Assembly (NCBI GenBank): GCA_943367505.1
Contig: CALRJJ020000001.1
Span: 1 to 40,009 of the forward strand
Length of the DNA: 40,009 nucleotides
Direction of reading: 5' to 3'
From: Flavobacterium psychrophilum
Lineage (GTDB): Bacteria > Cyanobacteriota > Vampirovibrionia > Obscuribacterales > Obscuribacteraceae
The translations under genes and the position numbers were made by a program. Every line of letters begins with the position of its first letter. The first letter of the stretch is position 1. Of the stretch, positions 24,017 through 32,599 are shown piece after piece. The notes beneath the pieces are model-generated. The model was not told the DNA's origin, searched no databases, and saw only the letters and a program-made list of their open reading frames with translations.

Positions 24017-24778
24017 ATGTCCACAATTGTGATTGAAGTCGTTCCTCAAGGAATAATTTTTGGTGCTGATAGAAACAGGACGTTAACCAAGCTGTTAACT
24101 GGTGAAAAGAGTCAAATCCAGGTAACCAAAGTTCGCAAATCTGCTAACGAAAAGGTGCTTATAGGAAGCATTGGCAGTGGCGAGATAGCAAACAAATCTG
24201 CTCAGGATTGGCTCTCTGACTTTGTAAATGAACGAGAAAAACTTTCGCTTGAGGAAATAGCGAAAGAAGTCAAAGAAGCTGTCGAAAAGGAACGAAAACT
24301 CGCTGACGGTAGTAGCCCCGTTGGACAAATCATAAATTTAGCTGGCTTTGTGGAAGAAGGTGGAGTCATAATCCCCTCGGTCCGTTACATCAGCAACTGC
24401 TGGAGCCTTATCAAAGGCAATTATGACGATGTTCGTCCAGAGTTCGGTGAATATCCAGATGTATTTAGGCAAAATTTGACTGTACCTCCCCCCTTAGTGA
24501 AGCCTGTTATAGAAGCCTTGGCTAACGACTTCAACCCATTTTGGTTTCATCATTCAATTGGTTTAACTGATTTCAATATTCTCAAGTCATTCTTAAAACA
24601 AAGTCTTCAAATTATCTCAAAAGAAAATAATCGTTTGGTACCAACCACTCTTGAAGACTGGGAAAAGCAAGTGCGAATGTCAGTGCTAGTTTATGGAGCA
24701 TTTTTTGAAGCATTTTCGCCGCCCGGGGATCAATATGTCGGAGGGGGCGCTGATATCGTTTCTCTTCCTTGGCCGTGA
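24017..24778 (+). CDS. HslV/proteasome-beta-like Ntn-hydrolase candidate (tentative)
   Basis: The N-terminus MSTIVIEVVPQGIIFGADRNRTL...VTKVRKSANEKVLIGSIGSG parallels HslV [23 protein letters not shown]...VKKVRRLYNDKVIAGFAGG. Confidence 0.4.
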   Translation: MSTIVIEVVPQGIIFGADRNRTLTKLLTGEKSQIQVTKVRKSANEKVLIGSIGSGEIANKSAQDWLSDFVNEREKLSLEEIAKEVKEAVEKERKLADGSSPVGQIINLAGFVEEGGVIIPSVRYISNCWSLIKGNYDDVRPEFGEYPDVFRQNLTVPPPLVKPVIEALANDFNPFWFHHSIGLTDFNILKSFLKQSLQIISKENNRLVPTTLEDWEKQVRMSVLVYGAFFEAFSPPGDQYVGGGADIVSLPWP

Positions 24779-24838
24779 GGTGATTTGGTCACAAGTCATG
24801 CTTTATTATTAGGCACCGTGTAGTTTGAAAGGAAAAAA

Positions 24839-25483
24839 ATGGCGACAGAAGCCAAATTAGTTAGATGGGCAAACTTAGATGGGCAAGGCAAAGCGCGCCA
24901 GTTTACCGAGCGCGGGACAGAAAGAACCGCAAGAGCCAAATTGCGTGCCTCTTGCATTTTTTGCAACAAGCCCATAACTGTAGGCACTGATTATATCGAT
25001 GTGAACGGTGCCAAATTTGCACATAAGCTGTGCGTTGTTTCGCACTCTAGCGACCTGTCAAAGCATAGTAAAGTCATCACGCACAAAATGATTGACGAAC
25101 TGGCGGCAAAAAAATCGGGGAAACTTAGTGCCGTTAAAACGTCAAAACGTGGGCGGCCACCGAAGTCTTCGAAGTCTGTAGAACCCACAGACAGTAATCA
25201 AAAAAGCGCCGCTACATTAGTTAAATCTTCAAAGCGTGGTCGTCCCGCCAAAGCGACAAGTGCAAAAGCAGCACCAATTGCGGCTAAGGCAACAACCAAA
25301 GCAAAGACAACAGCATATACCGGAGCCAAACAAGGACCAAAGCCAAAGGCACAAGCACCGCCTGCGACACCAATCATAAACTTGAGCGAAGTGAGAGAAG
25401 CACTGCCTGGAGCTATCGTAACGCTTACCATTACCGGCACTGTTGAAGCTGTACAAAGAGCCTTAGACAAACTGCAAAACTGA
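24839..25483 (+). CDS. AT-hook / Lys-Ala-rich DNA-binding protein with an N-terminal Cys/His motif
   Basis: Two RGRP cores (SKRGRPPKS and SKRGRPAKA) sit in a histone-H1-like K/A/T/P-rich tail. The N-terminus has CIFC...HKLC. Confidence 0.65.
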   Translation: MATEAKLVRWANLDGQGKARQFTERGTERTARAKLRASCIFCNKPITVGTDYIDVNGAKFAHKLCVVSHSSDLSKHSKVITHKMIDELAAKKSGKLSAVKTSKRGRPPKSSKSVEPTDSNQKSAATLVKSSKRGRPAKATSAKAAPIAAKATTKAKTTAYTGAKQGPKPKAQAPPATPIINLSEVREALPGAIVTLTITGTVEAVQRALDKLQN

Positions 25484-25556
25484 ACTTTCTGTTGCTATCC
25501 CTGCAACAGATTCCACTCCGTTCGCACCAGCGAAGCTGTGCACTCTCGGCGCGGTG

Positions 25557-26498
25557 TTAGTCTGGCATCAAAATTGGTTTGCGAAGTCTCTCGGGAATCA
25601 TCTCAATTTGCTTGGCGTAAGCAGCTAAATTTTCCAAAGTTATTTTGCCCTTTGGACAAACAAGAGAGCCGCTTTCCTCTTTCTCCAGCTCGGCAGTCCA
25701 CCCACCAACACCCCAAACGATTGACACAAGGTAAGTCCGTCCTCTTTCACCATCGGGACAACTGGCTGCCATAGAACCGACAATGTGGTCGCCTTCTTTT
25801 AAATTAAACGCAGGATCAAAAATGAATTGAGGACCGCCGCTGCTTTTGGCCCCAATCCAATCAAATGTTGTGACTTTAATTGGAAGTGGATTTATAGTGT
25901 GCGCACTCAAATTCCAGAGTGCAAATGCATACTTAATCTCACGAACAGCTTTGGTAGACGGATTGGAAATGAGTAAAGCTGGGCTTTCAGGATAGATTAG
26001 CCTCAGTGAAAAATCTGATTTGCTTTCCGCTTGTTGCGGCTTTATGAGAGCCGTTCCTTTTGTCCAGACATCGAAACAATTGTTCAAAACGCCGAAGAAT
26101 ATTCCAGCTATGGTGAATAGAGCAATCAATCCGACCAAGATTGGATTGTTTGCTGACCACTTTTTCCCGCGATCTAATAAAGTTTCTGAGCTGGGGCGTT
26201 TATATTTTCCCGCTTGCTTTGCAGTTAGAGCCGCCTCTCCAGATGATGTCACAGTTAAACGTCCGTTAGATTCGATTATCCAGCCCTGCTCTACAGCGAT
26301 TTTTTTGCCCAGATCATAGTTCAAGACGATGACTTTCTGAACACCAGTTGCCGTTGGAGAACAAACCCAGACGTCATTGTTAATATTGGGTTGTTCAGTA
26401 AAGGTTCGTTGACCAGATTGCATCACAGTTTGAATGATTGCAAATGCTGCGGTTTCTTCGACAGTTGGAACAAAAACCGCCTTCAAAATTTTCATCAA
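25557..26498 (-). CDS. single-pass membrane protein, last gene of the mob operon
   Basis: 313 aa with a central TM segment (NPILVGLIALFTIAGIFFGVL). 4-nt overlap with the upstream J-domain gene. Confidence 0.6.
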   Translation of the reverse strand: MMKILKAVFVPTVEETAAFAIIQTVMQSGQRTFTEQPNINNDVWVCSPTATGVQKVIVLNYDLGKKIAVEQGWIIESNGRLTVTSSGEAALTAKQAGKYKRPSSETLLDRGKKWSANNPILVGLIALFTIAGIFFGVLNNCFDVWTKGTALIKPQQAESKSDFSLRLIYPESPALLISNPSTKAVREIKYAFALWNLSAHTINPLPIKVTTFDWIGAKSSGGPQFIFDPAFNLKEGDHIVGSMAASCPDGERGRTYLVSIVWGVGGWTAELEKEESGSLVCPKGKITLENLAAYAKQIEMIPERLRKPILMPD

Positions 26499-27712
26499 TT
26501 ATTCTGCTCCGGAGCTTTAAACGGGTTGACTTGGTTTTGTCGTATAAGCGGTTGCTGCACTCCAAATCGAGATTTGCGCTCCGTGCGTAAACTGCTTGGT
26601 TGATAGCTAAATGGGGCTGTATCGAATGTGCGGGGAACTGGTGTAGTAGGGATCACAGGTGTAGGAGCTGGATTTCCAGTCAGCTCAGAAAGGCGTTGGT
26701 TGGCTGAATTCAGTTCATTTTGAGCTTGGAATAAATAGCCCTTCTGACTATTTTGAAAGTTCAGAGCGCTTTTTTTGTCAACACTACTTACGTTTGTATC
26801 GTCCAGCTGAGTATCAATCTTGGCGATTTCACCTGTGCAATGTCGAATGATATTTTCTTGCTTATCGATCTCCATCTTCGTGTTGTAGATGTCCTGCTGT
26901 TTTTGCTTTTCAGCCTCTGCATCGCGACGCTTTTGTTCAATATCTGTCTGCGTTTGGTAAGCTGCATCATTGCCACCAGGGTATTGGTTGTAAGATGGGA
27001 TGATGCGCCGTGTACTGCCTGTGGACGAATCTGACGGTGTTGTTGCAGCCGGTCGATGGTCTCGCTCCCATTTCCAAGAAAAGTCATGCCACCAGGCTTT
27101 TAGGCCTGTTCCTGCCCAGCCATAGAAACACAGCGCGACCCATATCGCGCCAAGACCAATCGCTATTTTCCAGCGCAGAGATTCGTCCTGCATTATTCTT
27201 CTGTGGCTTAGAGCGTCTTCTTCTGCCTTCTGTGTTTTTGCATATTTTTCAGAAAACGCTTTGGCCTGCGCATCTTGTTCGGCGGCTTCGGCCGCTGCTT
27301 TTTGTGCTCGTTCGCGACTTCTCTGTCTAGCTTCTTCTTCTTCAGTGTCACGTTCCTGAGTACTGCGACGCCTTCCTGGCCCAGGTCCAGGTCCTGGTCC
27401 TGGTTGTGATCTTTCCGCAGAGCTGCCGCTAGGGGGCGTTTGAGAGGTCTGAGAACTTCCGCCGGCAGATCTGCAGGAGCACTGAGGAGAATCAGAATGG
27501 CTGCGTTCAAAATGAGCCGACAATAAGTCTTTGGCGTTATTTATTTTCTTCAATTCGGCTTCGGCTTCGAGTTTTCCTTCAGCGTTTTGAAAGCGGTCTG
27601 GATGCCATACCAAGATCAGTCGCTTGTGGCGGCGTTTGATTACATCAAATGGTTCGCCGCCATCCATTCCGAGATCACGATAGGCTTTTTGCAATGTTTG
27701 ATGATCGCTCAT
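26495..27712 (-). CDS. membrane-anchored J-domain (DnaJ-like) co-chaperone
   Basis: J domain with an HPD motif (AYRDLGMD...RRHKRLILVWHPDRFQ...KKINNAKDLL). Also a (PG)5 linker, a TM segment (IAIGLGAIWVALCFYGWAG) and a coiled-coil C-terminus. Confidence 0.8.
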   Translation of the reverse strand: MSDHQTLQKAYRDLGMDGGEPFDVIKRRHKRLILVWHPDRFQNAEGKLEAEAELKKINNAKDLLSAHFERSHSDSPQCSCRSAGGSSQTSQTPPSGSSAERSQPGPGPGPGPGRRRSTQERDTEEEEARQRSRERAQKAAAEAAEQDAQAKAFSEKYAKTQKAEEDALSHRRIMQDESLRWKIAIGLGAIWVALCFYGWAGTGLKAWWHDFSWKWERDHRPAATTPSDSSTGSTRRIIPSYNQYPGGNDAAYQTQTDIEQKRRDAEAEKQKQQDIYNTKMEIDKQENIIRHCTGEIAKIDTQLDDTNVSSVDKKSALNFQNSQKGYLFQAQNELNSANQRLSELTGNPAPTPVIPTTPVPRTFDTAPFSYQPSSLRTERKSRFGVQQPLIRQNQVNPFKAPEQNN

Positions 27713-28389
27713 TGTCCAAACACCGCCTTATTGATGCTGGTCCATAGCGTCATGAGCATGAGTGCTGTCGTTCCCAATAGCCACCAGGGTGGCGCTGGCA
27801 ACTTGGTATCGGCAGGATCTGCTGCGTTCTCTCCCGGTCCCATGGCGCTATCAATCTCAATGGTAAGGTTATTGATTATTGCGTCGCAAGCGCCTATAGC
27901 TGGGCCTTCTACAGTTGGAACAAAATCTAGTTGAACGATTGTTGTGTCGTTAGGCCCTTCGCTGAACTGCACGTCAAGCTCTATCAATCTTTGTTTGCGT
28001 TCTTTTCTCACGTGTATGTTTGACAAAGACTGACCTTCGAGATGGCTTTCTTCGTCCATAAATTTGAGAGTGGCACTTATTCTTCGCTGAATAGTATCGG
28101 AAGTAGCGACATGCCATTTATCACCAAAGTTGTAGGTCTTGTCACTCAAAATTTGGCGAACTTTAGAGTAAACCTGCTTGAGAGGCAGGTTATAGCGCCT
28201 TGGTACGGGATGGAGAAAGTTGTATCTGTTAACGCGGTCGGTATGTAAAAACGGCCAGAGAACCCAGAGGCCTGCCACAAACCCGGGGAATAAGCCACCC
28301 TCCAATTTGCCACCGACAATGCCATATGTCGTGGCAGAACCAACAACACAAAATGCAAAAATTGCTAAAGCTATGCCTGCTCCGAGCAT
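27709..28389 (-). CDS. membrane protein (two N-terminal and one C-terminal TM segments)
   Basis: 226 aa. 4-nt overlap with the J-domain gene. The start lies 8 nt after the coupling-protein stop. Confidence 0.65.
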   Translation of the reverse strand: MLGAGIALAIFAFCVVGSATTYGIVGGKLEGGLFPGFVAGLWVLWPFLHTDRVNRYNFLHPVPRRYNLPLKQVYSKVRQILSDKTYNFGDKWHVATSDTIQRRISATLKFMDEESHLEGQSLSNIHVRKERKQRLIELDVQFSEGPNDTTIVQLDFVPTVEGPAIGACDAIINNLTIEIDSAMGPGENAADPADTKLPAPPWWLLGTTALMLMTLWTSINKAVFGQ

Positions 28390-28396
28390 TTAAACC

Positions 28397-30418
28397 TCAC
28401 ACATCCCAGTCGGGAGAATCTTGTCGGTTGGGAATTGGTCTGCGAATGTTTGAGTCATTCTCTTTTTCTGGCTCGACCGGCTTATCACGTTCAATTTTTT
28501 TGTTATCGTTTTCAATAACTTCTGGTGTTGAAATAGGTTCTGATGTTGTATCAGTTGCTTCAGATTCCTGATTTTCGACTTGCTCTGGCTTTGTTTCTGG
28601 CGGCCTTAGAGGCTCTGTGGTTTTGTCTGGAATCGGTGCAGGCTTTTCCTTTGCGACTCTGCCACGCTTGCGAATAAATTCAGACACCTTGTGCTCAGCT
28701 CTAACTGGCGGGTCATACTCCATCGCCTGGTTGTATGCATCAGGGCTGATGAGCGGCATCTTCAACGGCCTTGTGTCGGCAGTAAAAATGATCACTTCCT
28801 TGTTCAAGCTAATTAGCTCATCTGGGGTTATCAAATGACGTCCCTGAATCGATTCCTGCACGCGCCCGCTATCGCTTACGGTAGCCTCATCTACGGTCAT
28901 GCGCCCAATCGCTTCGCTCAAATCCCGTGCTTCTTGGAAGGTCTTTTGTTTAAAGTGGACTTGCGTCGCTGGCATGTCCATAATTGTCTGAGCCTCTCTC
29001 TTGGTGTAGATTTGCTCCAGCTGTGAGTAGTTCTGAAAACCTAAGATCAGACCGATCTTATTTTTACGAATGAGCGACAGAGCGTTCTCTATGCCAGGTA
29101 TTTTTCCGAAGTTTGTAAACTCGTCGAGCAGCATGGTCATTGGATATTTCATATCTTTGCGAATATCCAAAATGTGATCGAGCAAGAAATTGAACATCAA
29201 TGAGCCAATAAGTTTGCTATCGGTAGACCGACTTGGAACAGCAATATAGAAAGTGAATAGCTGCTGTTTAAGCGCTTCTAGGTCAATATCGGTCTTTTCT
29301 GTCAAAGTGACAATCTGATCTGTCATCCAGGGGTTCATCTTCGAAATTAGGCCAGAAAATACGCCGTAAGCAAAGTTGGTTTTGCCTGCAAGCTGCATCC
29401 AGCCTTCAAATTCCATCTGCGCTATTTCAGAAGGGCTGTTGTACAAAATTTTCGCCAGCTTGTCTGGTCCTTCCAAAAGCATCCAACGTAGTGCGCCGAA
29501 ATGCCCTCGCTCTGGGTCTATGATCGCTGCATGAAGTATGAGAGACGTTAGCAAATGCTTCTCAGATCTGCTCCATGTCTTATCAACTTTGTTGTCGCCA
29601 CTCTCGCCGTTCATGATGACGAGGTCGGCTAGACTCTCAGCCATGCTCGATTTCTTCTCTTCCGGAGCATTTCTGACTCGATCAATTGGATTGATTCGCG
29701 TCGATGTCATGTCGGATGGATTGAAGCAATAAACCTGATGACCAGCCATCTTGCGCCAACCAGATGTGAGCTGATATAGCTCTCCAGCTTCATTGCCTGG
29801 CGTTGCTTCAGTCACGATCATGTTTGTCGCAACGCGCTCTACGAGCTGCGGAATAAAGAAACCGCGTGATTTACCAACGCCTGTTCTTCCGCAAACTAGT
29901 GCATGAGCATGGGTCAAACGCTCCGGCACCTGGATGTACTCATTCTTTGAAGACCTACCAATAATGAGCCTTTTGGGGTCGGCATTTTTTTGGAAGTAGT
30001 CCAGGGCGCGCAAGTCATCTTCTGACCCCCAGGTTGCAGCGCCATAAACGGTGTTCTTTTCTTTGTGCTCTTTTGCTTCTTCTGCTCTTACTGCGTCGTT
30101 TTGCAGTTCAAGCAAAATGCGATCACAGCGCTTTTGGCACTCGGCCTGACTGGCGCCGCCTTTGTTTTCCTCAATTTCAATATTGACGACAACACCGCTG
30201 GTTTTGGCGTTTCGCCATCTCACAATAACGCGATATTCGTGCCGCCACCAATCTTGCCCAATTTGCTCATCGAGTCTCTGAGTGGCCAGAATCTGGTCGA
30301 GCTGCTTACTTGCCCTGGTGACCTGGTAGCCGAGACGGTCTAGAACGTTGACGGCAAGGACCGGAAACTCCTTGGCAGAGGTTTCTACAAAGCCTTTATC
30401 CTCAACTCTCACTGGCAT
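28397..30418 (-). CDS. type IV coupling protein (VirD4/TraG/TraD family ATPase) lacking N-terminal TM segments
   Basis: Walker A LVCGRTGVGKSRG and Walker B MTMLLDEFTNFG. I saw no hydrophobic stretch in the first ~180 aa. The C-terminal tail is acidic and Pro-rich. Confidence 0.9.
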   Translation of the reverse strand: MPVRVEDKGFVETSAKEFPVLAVNVLDRLGYQVTRASKQLDQILATQRLDEQIGQDWWRHEYRVIVRWRNAKTSGVVVNIEIEENKGGASQAECQKRCDRILLELQNDAVRAEEAKEHKEKNTVYGAATWGSEDDLRALDYFQKNADPKRLIIGRSSKNEYIQVPERLTHAHALVCGRTGVGKSRGFFIPQLVERVATNMIVTEATPGNEAGELYQLTSGWRKMAGHQVYCFNPSDMTSTRINPIDRVRNAPEEKKSSMAESLADLVIMNGESGDNKVDKTWSRSEKHLLTSLILHAAIIDPERGHFGALRWMLLEGPDKLAKILYNSPSEIAQMEFEGWMQLAGKTNFAYGVFSGLISKMNPWMTDQIVTLTEKTDIDLEALKQQLFTFYIAVPSRSTDSKLIGSLMFNFLLDHILDIRKDMKYPMTMLLDEFTNFGKIPGIENALSLIRKNKIGLILGFQNYSQLEQIYTKREAQTIMDMPATQVHFKQKTFQEARDLSEAIGRMTVDEATVSDSGRVQESIQGRHLITPDELISLNKEVIIFTADTRPLKMPLISPDAYNQAMEYDPPVRAEHKVSEFIRKRGRVAKEKPAPIPDKTTEPLRPPETKPEQVENQESEATDTTSEPISTPEVIENDNKKIERDKPVEPEKENDSNIRRPIPNRQDSPDWDV

Positions 30419-31999
30419 CTAATACCGTCCCCATGGGTCATATTTGTCCCAGTCTTCTGTGTTATCGCGCTCCCACTTTTTGCGCTTTTTCTCGTCAGTC
30501 GCTTCGTTTCGTTTTGCCTGGTTCTCATCGATTTTCTGATCGAGCTTTTCTATTGTCTCGCGATCTTGGGCTTTCTGATCCTCTGGTCGTCCAGCCTGGT
30601 TATGCTCCTGAACTTTGTCCAGTTTCGCCGATTCGAGGTCATCCCTGCCTTCTTTCAGGCGGTCACGTTGATCAGTCAAAGGAATCCATTTGACCAACTC
30701 ATTAACTACTGCCGCCCCTTTCATGAAAAGACCCACAACCGGATTGCCCATAACTGCGTCTTGCATGGGAGTAGCAACCCTGAAGTTGTCCGGCATGCCT
30801 GACTGGGCTCGCTCTTTCCAGTGAGCTTCCTTGGCTTCGCCAATTTGACGCTCTAAAACACCAGACCATCGGGCGCGGTCGGCATTTTCCATCCATCCTC
30901 GCAGCGCCTGGTATTCGGCCACCGGCAAACGTTCGGCGTCTTTCTCCCTTAACTTGGCAGTCAGTTCGGACAGTTTTTCGTGCGGGGAATCTTTAGTGTA
31001 TTTTTGGCCCTTGTGCTGGATTGCAGTGACTTCTCTGTCTTCTTTTTCTTTGTCCGGCACCTGTTTATCAGGTTGCGATCGATCGCGTTCACCATTTCTC
31101 TCTTTGTCCTTAATCCAGCCAACGAGCTTCTTGTACTCGTCGACCGGTATGCGCTCGTCATAGTTATCCCAAAGATGCTCGTTCAATTTCTGCAATTCTT
31201 TGAGAGTGTTTTTCTTTGACCATTCTTCGCCAGCTGCGTGAATGGAGTCATTCAAAAATGGGACTTCGCGTTCCTGCGCAGAGGCTTCTTTGGCTTTTTC
31301 TTTTTTTGCGCGCTCCTGCTCGAGTTTTTTAGCCTTCCACTGGTCATAAGGCTCCAGTTGCTCCCGGATGATCTTTTTATGCATCCAGGGAAGCTCTAAA
31401 CCGTCTCTAACGCGTTCCTGCCGAGCAGTCTCTTTCTCTTTTTGGCGCTCGTCCCGTCGGCGCTTTATCTTTTCTTCCCGGTCGGTCCTGGCGTGATTCA
31501 GCTCAAGAGGGTGCACCCGCTCAAGATAGCGGTCGCCAAATTCTTTGATCTTGTCGTAGTCCCTTTTGTCCAAACGAACATCCCGACCGCTTTTGTCCTT
31601 GCCGAGAATGATCACATGGATATGGTGATGGTCAGTATTGCTGTGCGCCGTAGCCGCCCAGCGCAGGTCGAGCCCCTTGTCAGAACCGAGTTGCTTCATC
31701 ACTTCGCGGGTGAAGGCTTTCTTGTCTTCAGGGTTTATCTCTGGCGCCAGCGTGACCTTGTGGATGACGACATTGGCTTTGCCCATCTCCTTGATTGCTT
31801 TGCGCAATTCTTTTGAGTCCATGGCGTCTTCGGTTTCGTTGAACATCTCCCGACCGCCGTCGCCCCGGTCATCACCTGGGCGATGCTGGATATATTTGAC
31901 ATGCGCCATAGCCTTGCTGATGGCAACGACCTTTCCCGACCTGCCGCCGACAGCTCGCTGTTTTTTAGCTGAGATATAGCTGTGGCGAACGATCATCAT
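30419..31999 (-). CDS. relaxase (MOBP/VirD2-like nuclease domain) with a long charged C-terminal region
   Basis: MMIVRHSY...HVKYIQHR (Tyr candidates) and the histidine triad HSNTDHHHIHVII. ATGA overlap with the upstream RHH gene. Its stop abuts the coupling-protein start. Confidence 0.9.
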   Translation of the reverse strand: MMIVRHSYISAKKQRAVGGRSGKVVAISKAMAHVKYIQHRPGDDRGDGGREMFNETEDAMDSKELRKAIKEMGKANVVIHKVTLAPEINPEDKKAFTREVMKQLGSDKGLDLRWAATAHSNTDHHHIHVIILGKDKSGRDVRLDKRDYDKIKEFGDRYLERVHPLELNHARTDREEKIKRRRDERQKEKETARQERVRDGLELPWMHKKIIREQLEPYDQWKAKKLEQERAKKEKAKEASAQEREVPFLNDSIHAAGEEWSKKNTLKELQKLNEHLWDNYDERIPVDEYKKLVGWIKDKERNGERDRSQPDKQVPDKEKEDREVTAIQHKGQKYTKDSPHEKLSELTAKLREKDAERLPVAEYQALRGWMENADRARWSGVLERQIGEAKEAHWKERAQSGMPDNFRVATPMQDAVMGNPVVGLFMKGAAVVNELVKWIPLTDQRDRLKEGRDDLESAKLDKVQEHNQAGRPEDQKAQDRETIEKLDQKIDENQAKRNEATDEKKRKKWERDNTEDWDKYDPWGRY

Positions 32000-32451
32000 T
32001 GCCCGGTTACCACCTTGGCATTTCGGTCGGCAATTTCTGCCTCGTCGCGTTCAACGTGCCTGCGCATTTTTTGCTTGGCAGTATTTGACGCTGCTTCAAA
32101 TGCCTTCCTGGCATTTTCGTCGTCCGGCAAAGCCATCCAGGAAAGCTCAAAGAGCGTTCCAAGAGCGACCCCTTGCCGGGCAAGCATTTTACATATCCGG
32201 TCGACGCCGTTTTTGGTCGCTTTGATTTGCTGGTCGGTAGCGTAGCGAATTGCTTGGGCAACTTCGGCTTCACGGTCGTCCAAGGTGAGTTTCTCTTGAT
32301 TGTCCAAATACCAGAGCAAAGCTTGCCTGGCATATTCGGCTCGGGTCTGACCTGCCAGTTTGGCGTTGTCATCGAGTCGCTTCAGGTCTGCCTGGGCGAG
32401 TCGGGTTTCGACCCGGGGACTGTACTTGAGTGATGTTTTGGTTTCTTTCAT
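31996..32451 (-). CDS. relaxosome accessory protein (MobC-like RHH)
   Basis: SPRVETRLAQADLKRLDDNAKLAGQTRAEYARQALLWYL fits an RHH pattern. It is the first gene of the mob operon. Confidence 0.65.
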   Translation of the reverse strand: MKETKTSLKYSPRVETRLAQADLKRLDDNAKLAGQTRAEYARQALLWYLDNQEKLTLDDREAEVAQAIRYATDQQIKATKNGVDRICKMLARQGVALGTLFELSWMALPDDENARKAFEAASNTAKQKMRRHVERDEAEIADRNAKVVTGQ

Positions 32452-32541
32452 GGTGCGCCTACAAAAACCCTTGCCTACATAGTAATATAAAGGATGTGCG
32501 GCGCCAACCGGGTAAACCCCAAACGTAGTGCGGCGCCTCTA

Positions 32542-32593
32542 AAGCCCATACAATGGGCTTATTTTTATTAGCGCGGGTGCGCTTTATCTTGCC
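32542..32593 (+). other. candidate oriT (inverted repeats plus a nick-like core)
   Basis: Hairpin AAGCCCAT-ACA-ATGGGCTT at 32542-32560 and an AT-rich spacer. A second hairpin AGCGC-GGGT-GCGCT at 32570-32583 is followed by TTATCTTG/CC (32584-32593). This matches 8 of 9 positions of the RP4 / T-DNA border nick core TATCCTG/CC and sits 8 nt from the inverted repeat. Confidence 0.4.
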
Positions 32594-32599
32594 TTACCG

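Noticed and set aside
27375-27403. CCAGGT/CCTGGT-type short repeat
   Set aside because: It simply encodes the (PG)5 linker of the J-domain protein. It is too short to treat as a separate repeat element.
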